In this document: positions 1 to 13,175 of the stretch, piece after piece
How the letters are laid out: every line of letters begins with the position of its first letter
How positions within the stretch are numbered: position 1 is the stretch's first letter
Origin: Camelus dromedarius
Taxonomy: Eukaryota
NCBI RefSeq assembly: GCF_036321535.1
Contig: NC_087472.1
Span: 100,566,001 to 100,630,000, forward strand
Direction: 5' to 3'
Length of the DNA stretch: 64,000 nucleotides
The notes under the pieces: model-generated
Databases searched by the model: none
Seen by the model: the letters and a program-made list of their open reading frames with translations, nothing else
Told to the model about the DNA's origin: nothing
Translations under genes and position numbers: made by a program

Positions 1-369
1 CTAGAGTTTAATGTTGTTCATTACCACAGCACAGGGGCCAAGCCCTGAGCCCAATCCATTCTAGGCTTAAGGGCCCTACCCATTTCTTTCATAAACAGGA
101 GCCAAGAAAGCCACTTGCCCTAAATTAGAAACGAAGAAATGTTGGAGAGGGGCCAACAAGTGACTGGAGTTAAAAGACAAACTGCGCAGCTGTTGGCCCC
201 TTGCCCTTGATGAAACACAGTTTATGTTAGGCTCATCTATCTTGGGCCTCTTCTAGAGTTTAAACATGGCATTGTCAGTTCCCTGCAGGGGACTGCTGAG
301 TCCCAGCGCAGGTCTGTGCTATCTCGTCTGACACTGCATTGGGACACTACCCTTGACTCTTTGCAGCTC

Positions 370-539
370 TCCTCATAGCTCCCCCATCCTCTTCCTATAA
401 GGGCATTAATCCCATTCATGAGAGCTCTGCCCACATGACCCAGTTATCTCCCAAAGGCCCCACTTCCAAATACTGTCACATTGGGAATTAGATTTCAACA
501 TGTGAATTTTGAGGAGACACAGACTTTCAGTCCATAGTA
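370..539 (-). mobile_element. MaLR LTR fragment (MLT1/MST-like)
   Basis: CCCAAAGGCCCCACTTCCAAATACTGTCACATTGGG...TTCAGTCCATAG matches the reverse complement of the recalled MLT1 5' end. Confidence 0.75.
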
Positions 540-1492
540 TGAAGTATTCCTTTTGCTGAGTGCAGTAGCACCCCAATTTAACATGGCTTGTGTATGCACT
601 TTTGAATGTGGGGATCCCCTGAAACACCCAGATTGCTTCTCTGTAGTGGAACAAGGGTTCAGACATTCTGGCTCTGGGTAGGGATGAACTGATCCACTTC
701 AGCAGTTAAACTCAAACTAAAGAATCAAAGAAGTGACTTTCAGTTAACAGGACAGTGACATTTCATAATCCAAACCACACTTGGCACTATGTGTAAGCAG
801 TCTCTGCTGTGTCATTGGAAGGCTTGTTGTCTCAAGGGACTCATGGTTGATGGGTATGCCAGGAAGGGGCTGAGTTCTTTCTCTGGATCTCCTGATGGTT
901 TCCTGCCCCCAGGTTTACTCAGAACAAAGATGCTTATGATATACCTTGTTGGGTATAGTGATTTTTTAAAAAAGAACTCCGATAGTCTGCTATTGGAATA
1001 GGACTTGTACCTTCTCTAAGCTATTCCTAGACTTCACTTCTGGTTGACTTTAATATCATTGATTTGTAGTTGTTTACTGTAGAGCAGTATCAATACACTG
1101 AATGCTGCTGCCCCTGAAGGCACTGTCAGTTGAGTTTTAGTTGTTTTTCAAGAGGGCATAGATTAATTAAAGGAAAAAGTTAAATATTTAATTCCCTTAG
1201 GTGGGACCATCTGAGACTATGCCAATATTTTTTTTACCTTATAACCTTGGTATTATCACTTTGAAAGTACCCAACAGAGTTTTTTTTTAATGAGCCCTCT
1301 CGTAAATAATGTGGTACCCTTTTGAGTAATATTTTAAGGTGGCGAGGTTCTGATTGCTATGATGTATTTTATTAGATACATATTTATTTGCATAATTTCA
1401 GGAAAGGTCAATAGAGGCTTTATCTTTATGTGACTCTTTTCCTATCTTATCCATTTTATTTCTAGACACAGAGTTTGTTAGGACTAGATTCT

Positions 1493-2003
1493 TAAAAAAA
1501 TAGCTTTATTGAGATATAATTTATTTGCCATATAGTTCATCTAGTATATACAATTTAACGGTTTTTAGCACATTCACAAAGTTGTGCATCACCACCACAA
1601 TCAATTTTAGAACATTTTCATCATCCTCAGAAAGGGAAAAAAACCTGTTAGTAGTCACTCATTCCCCATTTCCTCTCACCCTACTCCCACCCGCAGCTCT
1701 GGACAGCTACTCATATACTTCTTCTCTATAAGTTTCCTATTCTGGATGTTCTGTACAATTGGAATCATATGATATGTGGACTTTTGTGATTGGCTTCTTT
1801 TACTTAACATAATGTTTTCAAGGTTCATCCATACTATAGCATGTGTTAGTACTTCATTCCTTTTTCTTGCTGAATAACATTTCCTTGTTTGTATGGATCA
1901 CATTTTGTTTATCCATTCATCAGTTGATGGACACTTGAGTTGTCTTCTCTGTGGGGCTATTATGAATAATGCTGTTATGAACATTTGTGTACATTTTTTG
2001 TGA
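1493..2003 (-). mobile_element. old L1 (L1MB-like) 3' end
   Basis: AGCTTTATTGAGATATAATT...TCCATTCATCAGTTGATGGACAC...AATAATGCTGTTATGAACATT, typical antisense L1 3' region. Confidence 0.85.
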
Positions 2004-2329
2004 AGGTCTAGCTCTTTAGTGACTCAACTGCCCTTTTAAATACTGGTGATATCATCGCTAAATAGGCCCCCTAGTGTCCTCTTGATCAGCACCTCCTTTT
2101 TAGGGTAGGTGGCTTCCCCGGCACGCAGAGCTAGAGTGGTGGAGTGGAGCCTCTTGCTTCCAGGTTCAGTGCTTTACTAATTGGTGTGGAAACACAAAGG
2201 GAGAAGAAGACCTAATCCCATAGTGCCCAGATGTATAAAAACCTTGCAGGCTTTTTCTGTTTGCTGTTTCTTCTATTTGTCACTTACAACAGCATGGTCT
2301 GGTCTGAAAAGCAAAAGAACAAGGACTCA

Positions 2330-2470
2330 TAATTAGAAGATTCCTTAGAGATTTTTCAGTCTAATATCCTCCATATAGAGATGAGAAACCAACGCCCAGA
2401 GAAGTGATGTCACTTCTCCCCAAGATCATGCTGCTGGTGGCAGGGTGAGGACTGGAACTCTGTTCTCTTC
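2330..2470 (-). mobile_element. MIR SINE fragment
   Basis: AGATGAGAAACC...CCCAGAGAAGTGATGTCACTT...CAAGATCA core, antisense. Confidence 0.6.
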
Positions 2471-2568
2471 ACTCCTCGTCCCCACCCTCATTGTGCCCCC
2501 AAGGGTGAGCGTTGGTTGCACAGAAGCTGGGTGAATGGTGCTGCATCATGTTGTCTCTTCTCTAATAG

Positions 2569-2760
<192 letters not shown>

Positions 2761-3744
2761 TAGCACCTTTTCTTTGAACTGAAAAGCCTACGAGGAAGTG
2801 GTGTGTGTGCAGAACAGTTGCCTCCATTTGTACTGTAGGATATTTTGGGGAGGCAGTTAGGTAGTCTCAATCTCTAATGTATTTTTCCCTTTGAGACTTT
2901 TCCCTCCATAAAAAAAACAATAAAAATCACACTGAATAGAAAAATAAAGCATCCAAATTTCTGACTAGCTACATTTCTCACACACATGCTCGATCAATTT
3001 TATATGTACTTACATACGAGGTATCATTATAAACTACCATGATTGTTTTTAAAGAGTCAGCATACCAGAAGTACACATTCCAAAGTGTATACTCTTTGGG
3101 GTAGTCATGTTGAAAGGCTATTGATCCACATAGTATTGCCACTGCTTAAAACATTTTTGGAATTTCCCTTAAAAATGCCTTTCTAATTTGAGTCATTCCA
3201 AAGCAGTCTTATTAATTTATAGTCGCCCTTTAATTTTGAACCACATTGGTGCTGTCCAGTTTTCATGCCTGTGTTACCATACAGCACAATGAAGTCCTTC
3301 TGTTGTTTTCCGAAATCAGAAACCAGCATTCCCTGCAAAGCAAAGATTAGACATCATAAAGTATGTAAGACAATAATCTGCCCCTGAGCACAGGACGTAT
3401 TTTTAGAGTGTTTTGAGTGATAGCATTGAAGTAAGGAGCATTGACATATAAAAATATAGTTCTTTTGGCATAAGAGCCTTTGGGATTTATCTTTAATTCA
3501 TACATTCCTCTTTGGCTCACACAGTCAGTGCATCAGGTCCAGGGAGAGTTCTCATGGCCCAGTCAGTGCTTGTTTATAGCAACCAAAGTGGGCATGAATG
3601 GCAGGCAGCCTTGACGCATAGGCAGCTAAGAGAGGAAGCCTGTCTGTGCAAGCAAGGAAAGGACAGTTTGGATTTGACTAGACTTGCTGAGTGTGGGGTG
3701 ATGAAATCACTCAGTCTTGGAAGTAAGACAAGAATTGGTAGCTT

Positions 3745-4343
3745 TTTTTTCCATTTTTCAGTTTTATTAAGTAATATTGATACAATTTGACTGCACATAT
3801 ACAATATACTGCATGTAAATTCATATATACAACATACTGCACATTTTTAAAAAATTTACATATATGTACTATTCATTGTTTGTAAGAAGAGTTTAGAGCT
3901 TTAGCTTTTAAAACTTACATAGTTATCAAAGGAATAAAGCCAACCACAAAATAAGAATCAACAGAATGCAGTAAATACAATCATAAAGGACAGTAAAATG
4001 TGCTTACACATATTCAAGAAATTAATCATCTAAGTTATAAATAATATGTAGTTCACTTGTGTCTTTTTTTTAGATTCCACATATAAGCGATACTACATGA
4101 CATTTTTCTTTCTCTTTCTGACTTACTTCACTTAGAAAAATGATCTCCAGGTCTATCCATATTGCTGCAAATGGTGTTATTTTATTCTTTTTTATGGCAG
4201 AGTAGTATTCCATTGTGTATATATAAATCACATCTTCTTTATCCAGTCATCTGTCAGTGGACATTTAGGGTGCTTCCATGTCTTCGCTGTTATAAATAAT
4301 GCTGCTATGAACATTGGGGTGCATATGTCTTTTTGAATTATAT
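3745..4343 (-). mobile_element. 5'-truncated L1 with TSD and atypical 3' tail
   Basis: ORF2-end sequence at about 4060-4343; poly(T) at 3743-3750; TSD AAGAATTGGTAGCTT (3730-3744) / AAGAATGGGTAGCTT (4344-4358). Confidence 0.85.
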
Positions 4344-4519
4344 AAGAATGGGTAGCTTCTTTTAAAATGTGTACAGCAAGCACTGAATGCTCCTTCAAGA
4401 AGTTGGATGACTATTACATAAGGGAATCATTCATTTAACAGTATAATTTGATGTTGATGTTCTCCAAACTTTCTATCATCCTCTGAGACAAAACCCAAGT
4501 AAAGCCGTGCCTTGCATGC

Positions 4520-4524
<5 letters not shown>

Positions 4525-4570
<46 letters not shown>
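4525..4570. repeat. (CA)23 microsatellite
   Basis: perfect CA run. Confidence 0.95.
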
Positions 4571-4574
<4 letters not shown>

Positions 4575-4739
4575 CTACCTTTCCCCTGTAAGCAATTTCT
4601 GACTGGGTTAGATTTGTCACTCTGTGACTGACGATGGCAAAGCACTAACAGCCACATTGTTTGATTTGTTGAGTGTAGTTATATAACTAAAGTAGACTTA
4701 ATCTCCCTTAATTATGGAAAATAGCACGGGCTCGTCCAG

Positions 4740-4973
4740 TGATCCTCAACAGAGACACCATTGCCTTTGGGGCTTAGGCAGTATAGTTATTCATTGTGTG
4801 GGACTGCCCCATGTGTTGCAGGACACGTAGAGTCCTTGGTCCTTACTCACTAAATGCCCATAGCCCCCGCCCCCCTATGGTGACAGTAAAAATGCATCTA
4901 CCCCCACATTTCCAGATGTGCCCCCTACCCCCAACCCGGGGATGGTAGTGTCACCCTCAGTTGGGAACCACTG
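4740..4973. mobile_element. hAT-Charlie MITE (MER20-like), degraded
   Basis: GGACTGCCCCATGTGTTGCAGGA...ACATTTCCAGATGTGCCCC...GTTGGGAACCACTG terminus. Confidence 0.6.
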
Positions 4974-5429
4974 TGCTTCTTCACAATGGAAAATAACTTT
5001 TCTTTATTTGAGGGGAAGTCAGTTGACAAATGTTTATGCCACACACTGTAGGAAATGTTAATTGTAAGTGTTGACTATACCTTTTGATTATGAGGGAATA
5101 TTTTCTGCCTCAAAAGAGTTTATGACATACAGTGAGATTATACTCTAGAATCCTAGGATCTTAGAGGTAGAAGAATCTGAAGGGTGATCCATTCCATACT
5201 TTTCTCTGGCAGTTAACTTCCATGGTGCTGCTTCTCCTGCAAACCTTGTACGTTCTGTAAGGGAGGCAATGCTGATGGCCCTGGGTGGGAACTTCTTTCA
5301 GCCAGTCTACTTTGACCTAAAAATATCCCATTCTCCAGCCCTTTGTGGAGTAGTTTTAGAGTTTGTTTAATAGGACTTATGAAGACCAGTCTTTCAATGG
5401 GCCTGAATTGTGGAGGAAGTGGGAGGTAA

Positions 5430-5660
5430 CATAGTATATCAACTAGGAACTCAAACTCTGGAGTCAGTCGGCCTGGGCTCCGTCCTTGCTTCACTCCCTG
5501 CCAGCTGGGAGACTTTAGCAACGTTGCTTCATCTCTCTCAGCCACAGGTTCCTCATCTATAAAGTGGGGAAACAATAATACCCACCTCATAAGGTTGTTT
5601 CAAGAATTAGTGAGAATCCAGGTAAAGTGTTTTGTACAAAACTGGGGCAGCATGTCTGAT
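5430..5660 (+). mobile_element. MIR SINE
   Basis: CTCTGGAGTCAG...GGTTCCTCATCTATAAAGTGGGGA...CCTCATAAGGTTGTT. Confidence 0.8.
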
Positions 5661-6192
5661 TATCATAGCATTGTTATTATTTATAATGATAATAATTATA
5701 ATAATTGTTTCCAGTACATATTATTAAGAAGCCTTGGCAGCTACTTGCATACTGGAAGAACTTTACTCAATAGTTCAGTAATGGTGTCACAAATGGCTAT
5801 TTTGGCAAAACATCATTACTCTGGGGCAGGCATGGTGGACTTAATTCATCCTTAGCATAACAAAAATAAATTACTAAGAATTGTGACATAAAGCTCCAGG
5901 GTGCTAGGCTTATAAAAATTGTCTTGCTAAAATAGCAGGATCCAGTGATTTCAGAGTGAGGTGGTACCATCTGGTCCAACTTCTTTATTTGAGATAAGTC
6001 TCTTCGTCAGGATTTTCTTTGTGATGGAGTGGAGAGCTAGAAATAATCTAAATCATCAGAATGCTTGTATATGCCCGGTTCTGCCTTCTCGGGGAAGGCT
6101 CCACGCGGCAATGGTTTGCCAGCCACGTGATAAGGAGGTTTTCATGGAGCAGGGAAGCTGCCCTTGTAACTGATCCCACTTTATTTCCGTAG

Positions 6193-6240
6193 AACGTGGT
6201 GAAACTGATGCGGGGTCTTCTCCAGTGCATGATGAGACAG
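6193..6240 (+). CDS. PHKA2: PHKA2 exon 3 (NVVKLMRGLLQCMMRQ)
   Basis: ccgtag|AAC...CAG|gtaggc; 48 nt. Confidence 0.96.
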
Positions 6241-6770
6241 GTAGGCAGAAAATGACAGATGTATTTTGGGGTCATTTGGGTCATCTGAGTGGGTGTTTTG
6301 TCATTTTCATGGTGACAACTAACATAGTGTTTTGAGCTTTTCTTATCAAGATGAAGAGAAATTGAAAATATTTTGCTGACTTTCTCCTTTTAAAATTATC
6401 GAAGATAATTTTATTATACTATAGAACCAGACTCAAAGGACAGTTTCTCAGAATCTCTTCGAAAGTTACTTGTGTAAAAAGACACTATGCCCTTTCTTCT
6501 AAATGGAGAATAAAACATTGTTTTTAAAGCCACATGACTTTAAGTCATTGTTTTTAAACTTGACATTTCTATTTACTGGCATTTTCAATGAGGGGTAAAT
6601 AAAAGACTTCATTGAGCATTTAATGTATACAGATCATACTAGGATCTGCACAGATTCCAAGATAAATATGATACCATCCTCACCCTTAATCAGCATGTGC
6701 CCCATTAATCTTCAAAGACATTGTTGCTCTTTTCCTTTCACCATAAGGAAACGAGAAGTTGAAATTTTAA

Positions 6771-7337
<567 letters not shown>

Positions 7338-7569
7338 TGATCAGTATTCAAAATAAGCTATTTCTGTAAAGAAAAAGCATGCTGCTTTCTGCATTGCATT
7401 CTGTGCATTGACTCTGGCTCTGTCGACAGTCTGCCTCTCAAGCCCTTGCAGGACGAAGGCTGTTGTGCTGGCTCTATTAGCACCTCGCTGATTGATCCCA
7501 AAGCTTCTTTGCTGTCACTGTCCCCTAATTACTGGACAACCTAGATCAGATCTACTTTTAACAGTTCAA

Positions 7570-7724
7570 GAGGAGGGTAGAGCTCAAGCAGTAGAGCACA
7601 TGCTTAGCATGCACGAGGTACTGGGTTCAGTTCCCAGTACCTCCTCTATAAACAAACAAAGAAACCAACAAACCAACAAACCTAATTACCTCCTCTTGCC
7701 AAAAACAAACCAAAAACAAAAAAA
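7570..7724 (+). mobile_element. tRNA-derived SINE, camelid Vic-1 type
   Basis: GAGGAGGGTAGAGCTCAAGCAGTAGAGCACATGCTTAGCATGCACGAGGTACTGGGTTCAGTTCCCAGTACCTCC head with A/B-box remnants, then AAAC-rich tail with internal CCTAATTACCTCC. Confidence 0.85.
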
Positions 7725-9223
7725 CCATTTCAAATATCTGCATATACTATCATATCCTGTCTTCTAGTTTTCTTCTCCAGAAGCAGCAGGCTTGGTCCTT
7801 CAGCTCTTCTTCTCACTACCCTGGTCTCCCTCTTCTAGACGCACCCTTGTTTATCCAAATTATAATCAAACAGCATAATTTCTAGAAGTCACCACTGTGC
7901 CCAGAGTTGTCTTTCGGTCCATAGTGCCCATGATGTGAGTGGGCCATAAACTTCTGGACGGTGAACGTTTTTCTTGTTCAAGCCCGAGCTGTGGTCTTTC
8001 ATGAAGGCCTGGACACCAGGCCTCCCAAGCACCAGGCTGCCACCCTGCTCTGTGAACCAAATGGCCATATTAGGTCACTTAGCTGCTGTGTCTCAGAGGT
8101 CTTATCTCCAGTCCTGTAAACTCACACTCCTTAGTTAGAGGCTTCCCATCTATCTCAGACTACAAATGTGAAACTCCAAAAATAGGAGAAATCAGTAATT
8201 GTTATTTATAGCTTTGTGAATAAACCAGGCACTTAAAAAAATACGTTTTGGTTGTGAAAATTAGTGTGAGATCACTGTACATATTTTGGAAAATATAACA
8301 AAATACAAAGAAAAACCCACTGCCAGTTTTCATTTGACTGTGTCTCCTCAAGTTTTTTTTCTATGCATTTTTTACATATTTAAGATCATATTGTATGCAT
8401 AAATATAGTCTTTTTATTACATAGCATTATAACTTAGGCATTTCCCCCATGGTATTGCATGTTCTTCATAAACATGATTTTTGCAACTTTACTAATGGAT
8501 ATACCATAATTAGTTTAACTGTTCTTTCTCTTTTTTTGCTATTATAACTATGTTATAGTACCCACTTTGACCCCATCTCTATTTGTTTCCTTCCATTAGC
8601 TAGATATCAAGGCTACTCATACTTATTGCCAAATTGTTCTCAGAACAGTTTACTAGTTAAACACCCCCAGTGATGTAACAGTGTATTATACCCATACCAA
8701 CTTCAAGAATTCATACCTTAAAAATATGTGTCTGCCATAGCAAGCTGTACATTCAGGGACTGAAGCAAAAGCTAGCTCTCCTGGCCATTGCCTGCTTCAG
8801 CTATTGGTGCAGCCCCCTGGGCAGGTCCTGGGAGCTGGCCTTTCCAAGAGGTGAAGGGCCGTCTCCTGCAGCTGGAGGCTCTACTTTCCCTGTCTGCCAC
8901 TGGGGGATAGTTCCCACCCTTTGGCTTACTCAAAGATAAGGACAGTGTTTGTTCTGGGCTAAAATGCTTGCTCTGTGGAATCTCTCTCTGCAAATTTAAC
9001 ATACCTGAAGACCCCACATCTCTTTCAATCCTTTCTACTTGTAGGCACACACACAAAAGTGGAGCCATTCTTTCCTTCTTCTCCTTCCCTTCCTTCCTTC
9101 CTCCTTCTGAGATTAGACATGAACTGCTATGATTTACTTCAGATAATTTTTGATGTCCTAGTAAGAAGAATGAAAATGGGAGTAAAAGGATTTATTTCCT
9201 AGTGTAATATTTGTAATTTGTAA

Positions 9224-9418
<195 letters not shown>

Positions 9419-9927
9419 TAGCTCTTTGAGGACCAGGCTGTTTGGGGCTGGTCATAAGGTTAGTAAGATTAGAGCCATAAGATTATGTCACCTCTGCACA
9501 CAAAGTGTACATTTTTGTCCAGGGACTCATTTGGGGAGTTTTTGTTTTTGGAATGTGCCGCATGCTCTGTTTGAATCCATTATGCTTATTTTAAATAAAA
9601 CCCTAAAATATCCTGCAGCACGTCCACAGGCCGGCCTGAAACAGGGTGAAGGGCAACAGCATCAGCGCCTTGGTAGGAGCTGGGGCGCCGTGGGGATGAC
9701 GTCAGGCAGCCCACAGGTAGAGGGGCCGGAGCCAGATGTGTGCCCAGGGCCAGGTGTGTGCGGGTGTAAATGTGTATAAACCCAGTTCCTCCAGGCTTCT
9801 GTCTGCTATGGAGGGTGGAGTTTCGCTTCTAGAGAACAACTAAACTGTGCAAAGCTGACCACGAGGGCAGTAAGGAAAGGGTAAGAGTTTGTTTGTTTGG
9901 GGAAAAAAAAGCCACTGTGGTCTAAAG

Positions 9928-10153
9928 CAAGGATTAGCAAACTTTTTCTGTAAAAGGCCACAGAGTAAATACTTTCAGCTTTGTGGTCTCTATGTTCTCT
10001 GTTGCTGCTACTCAGTTCTGCCGTTGCACCACACGAGCAGCGGTAGACAGCCCATGGACTCGTGAGCGTGGCTGTGTTCCCAAGAAGACCTTATTTACAA
10101 AAACAGGTGGAAAACTAGTTTTGGTCCAAGGTTCCGTAGTTTGCTGACCCTAG
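9928..10153. mobile_element. hAT MITE (MER58A-like)
   Basis: CAAGGATTAGCAAACT...AGTTTGCTGACCCTAG inverted termini; 8-bp TSD GTCTAAAG at 9920-9927 and 10154-10161. Confidence 0.85.
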
Positions 10154-10161
10154 GTCTAAAG

Positions 10162-10376
10162 CAGTGATTCTCTACCAGGGGCCATCTTCCCTTCCCAGGG
10201 GACATTTGGCAATGTCTGGAGATATATTTGGCTGTCACTCTGAGGAGGGTGCTACTGGCATCCAGTGGGTAGAGGCCAGGGATTCTGCTGAGCATCCTAC
10301 AGTGCCCAGGACAGCCCCACACAACAGACAATGATCGGGCTCCAAATGTCAATAGTGCTGAAGTTGACAAACCCTG
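10162..10376. mobile_element. hAT MITE (MER20)
   Basis: CAGTGATTCTC...GGGGACATTTGGCAATGTCTGGAGA...GTTGACAAACCCTG; TSD GTCTAAAG / GTCTAAAT (10377-10384). Confidence 0.88.
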
Positions 10377-10389
10377 GTCTAAATAAACT

Positions 10390-10800
10390 TGGGAAAGGGC
10401 GGGACTTTAGCTGGACCTTGGCAGATGAGTAGGGTTTAGATCAACAGAAGAGAGGGAAGAGGGTGCAGGAGTAGCTGGGAGGCAGGAACAGGCTGTGAGT
10501 GTGGGAGGGGTGTTTGGGGAAGGGGATGCAGAGTGAAGGAGTATTCTTAGGGTGGCAGCTGAGTACGTGAGAATAGTAGAAAGTAAAGTCAGCTTGTGGG
10601 CGGGCAAGAGGTGGAGCTGAATACTAGATGTCTGGCCATCCAGAGAGAGAGATTTGAAGGTGATCAACTAGGGAATAAAGTTTATCATTTTATACTCTTA
10701 GGCCAGGGAGTGAGCTGATCAAAGCAGTTTTTAAGGATGAGTCACTTGGCTCTGGGGTTGGAGTGACAATGGGCTGGAGCGGAAATGCCCAGATGGGAGG
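10390..10800 (-). mobile_element. L2 LINE fragment (degraded)
   Basis: purine-rich GACTTTAGCTGGACCTTG...GATGAGTAGGGTTTAGA...GAAGAGAGGGAAG pattern. Confidence 0.45.
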
Positions 10801-11596
10801 AATACTGAAAGAAGGGGTCCTGGGGCTCAGCTCCAAGGCCTGCATGGCACGGGAGAGCCTGAAGCCGCTCCAGTGTGTCTATATCTAAATTTTCACACTT
10901 TCAAAATATTTATCTTTCTCTAATAATAATAAATACCAAAAATTTGGCATTGATCCTGTTCTTGGGTTGTAATCTTTCAATAGTACATATAGCATTATTT
11001 CAAAACGATATCCAGTGCTTGGATTTCTTAAGTGAAAATATGAATTATAAAAGTTAAGTATGCATATATCAAGTCCTCTAGGTAAACAGGCTGTTCTAAG
11101 CCAATTCATATTCATTTGTTTCAAAATTTGACTTCCGCTCCCATTACTTGCTAAGCATTTTTTTTTCACCAGAGGTAATGCTAGAAATAGGTATTAAATT
11201 ATTTTAAATGGTTTCATTGGCTTCACCTAGTTGGAACCCATTTGTTAAAGTTTCTTTATTCCATCTAACAATTTAATGTAAGTTCAAAAGGATTAGTTAA
11301 CTAAAGGGGCAGCCTTTTATTTTAAGATAAAATATTTTGTTCTCTACTTATCAAGAGTTTCTTACAAATAACTTTTAGAAATAAGAAAATTGAGAGTGTC
11401 TTTGCATGCATTTTTGTTCCACTTGAATATTTACTTCCAAAACTCCACACAGCTATCAAATGAACTGAAATCGAGAAAGAACACAGCCTGAGTATGTAAA
11501 GCCATGAATTTGGTAGCCTTTGAGAAGAGGTATCCAGTGACATAAAGGGGTCATTTTTCCATAGCACTTCTCATATACCTCTTTTTCCTGCTCTGA

Positions 11597-11788
<192 letters not shown>

Positions 11789-12825
11789 TGATTAGCATAT
11801 TTTTCAAAAGTCAGCAGCAAGTGTGAAATTCAAGTAGCACATGTACCCCAGCCAGCTAAAATTATAGGAAAAGAATGTAGGTTTCCTACATCGAAATCTG
11901 CACGTGCCTGAAAATAAGTGCACTCCCTCCTCATTATCCACTGTTACCATGCACGAGTCTAAGCTCTTACTGTTTTCTAAGAAGCTGGAGGTATGATATC
12001 CAGTCTTCTTTTCTGGGTCATGAAGAGGGCTAAAGAACATGACCACTTTGTAGGGCAGGGCTCACAAGTTTGAGTCTGCAGGGTCAGGTCTGGTGAGTAA
12101 CATAAACAAGAGAAGCTGGCCAGATAGAAAACTATCAGGGAGTATTGGGGACACTGGGAACTTTCTCTAAAGGTATTGTAATCCAAAATCATTTAAAAAA
12201 TTTCCTCAGGCCAAGCAGAACATGCTGGTGGGGCAGATTCAGCCTACTGGCCACCAGTTTACCTGTCTCTTGTTCTGGACATTTAGCCTGCCTCCCCCTC
12301 CCCTCTTCCTCAAGAGTGAAGCATAATTTTGGACAGAGTTAAAGACTCCAGAACAAGAATTTTTAAATGAACAATAAAGATGCTCTGTTAAGGTCAACTG
12401 ACAGAAAACATACTTACTACTAAAAGAATTAACTTTCTTAAGCGCCAAATATGCTAATGTTAGAAGTTAACTGCTCAAATAGGTGAAAGAAAAGCCGACC
12501 ATGAACTTAGCTACCCCCCCCCACCCTTTACACACACAATGCTATGTTGTTAATATTTTATTTTTTGATAGAATACTCGTTTAATTTTGGGAAATGATTT
12601 TCTATTTTCTTTCTTGTTCCTGCAATGAGTAGCAAAACACAGGAAAGCTGTTATCCCCTGAAAATAAGGATAGAACACGAGCATAGGACGCTTTAGCCGG
12701 ATTAAAGATGGGTTTCATCACCTTTGGGGAAATGTATATGCTAGATTGCTTAATGAAAATGGAGTACCAGATATAGGAGTGTATGTTTACTAGAATGAGA
12801 AAGTCTTTCATATCTGTGCTTGTAG

Positions 12826-13175
<350 letters not shown>

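Noticed and set aside
7570..7645. tRNA-like sequence as a functional tRNA gene
   Set aside because: Degenerate A/B boxes and acceptor stem, followed by a SINE-type A-rich tail; it is a SINE head
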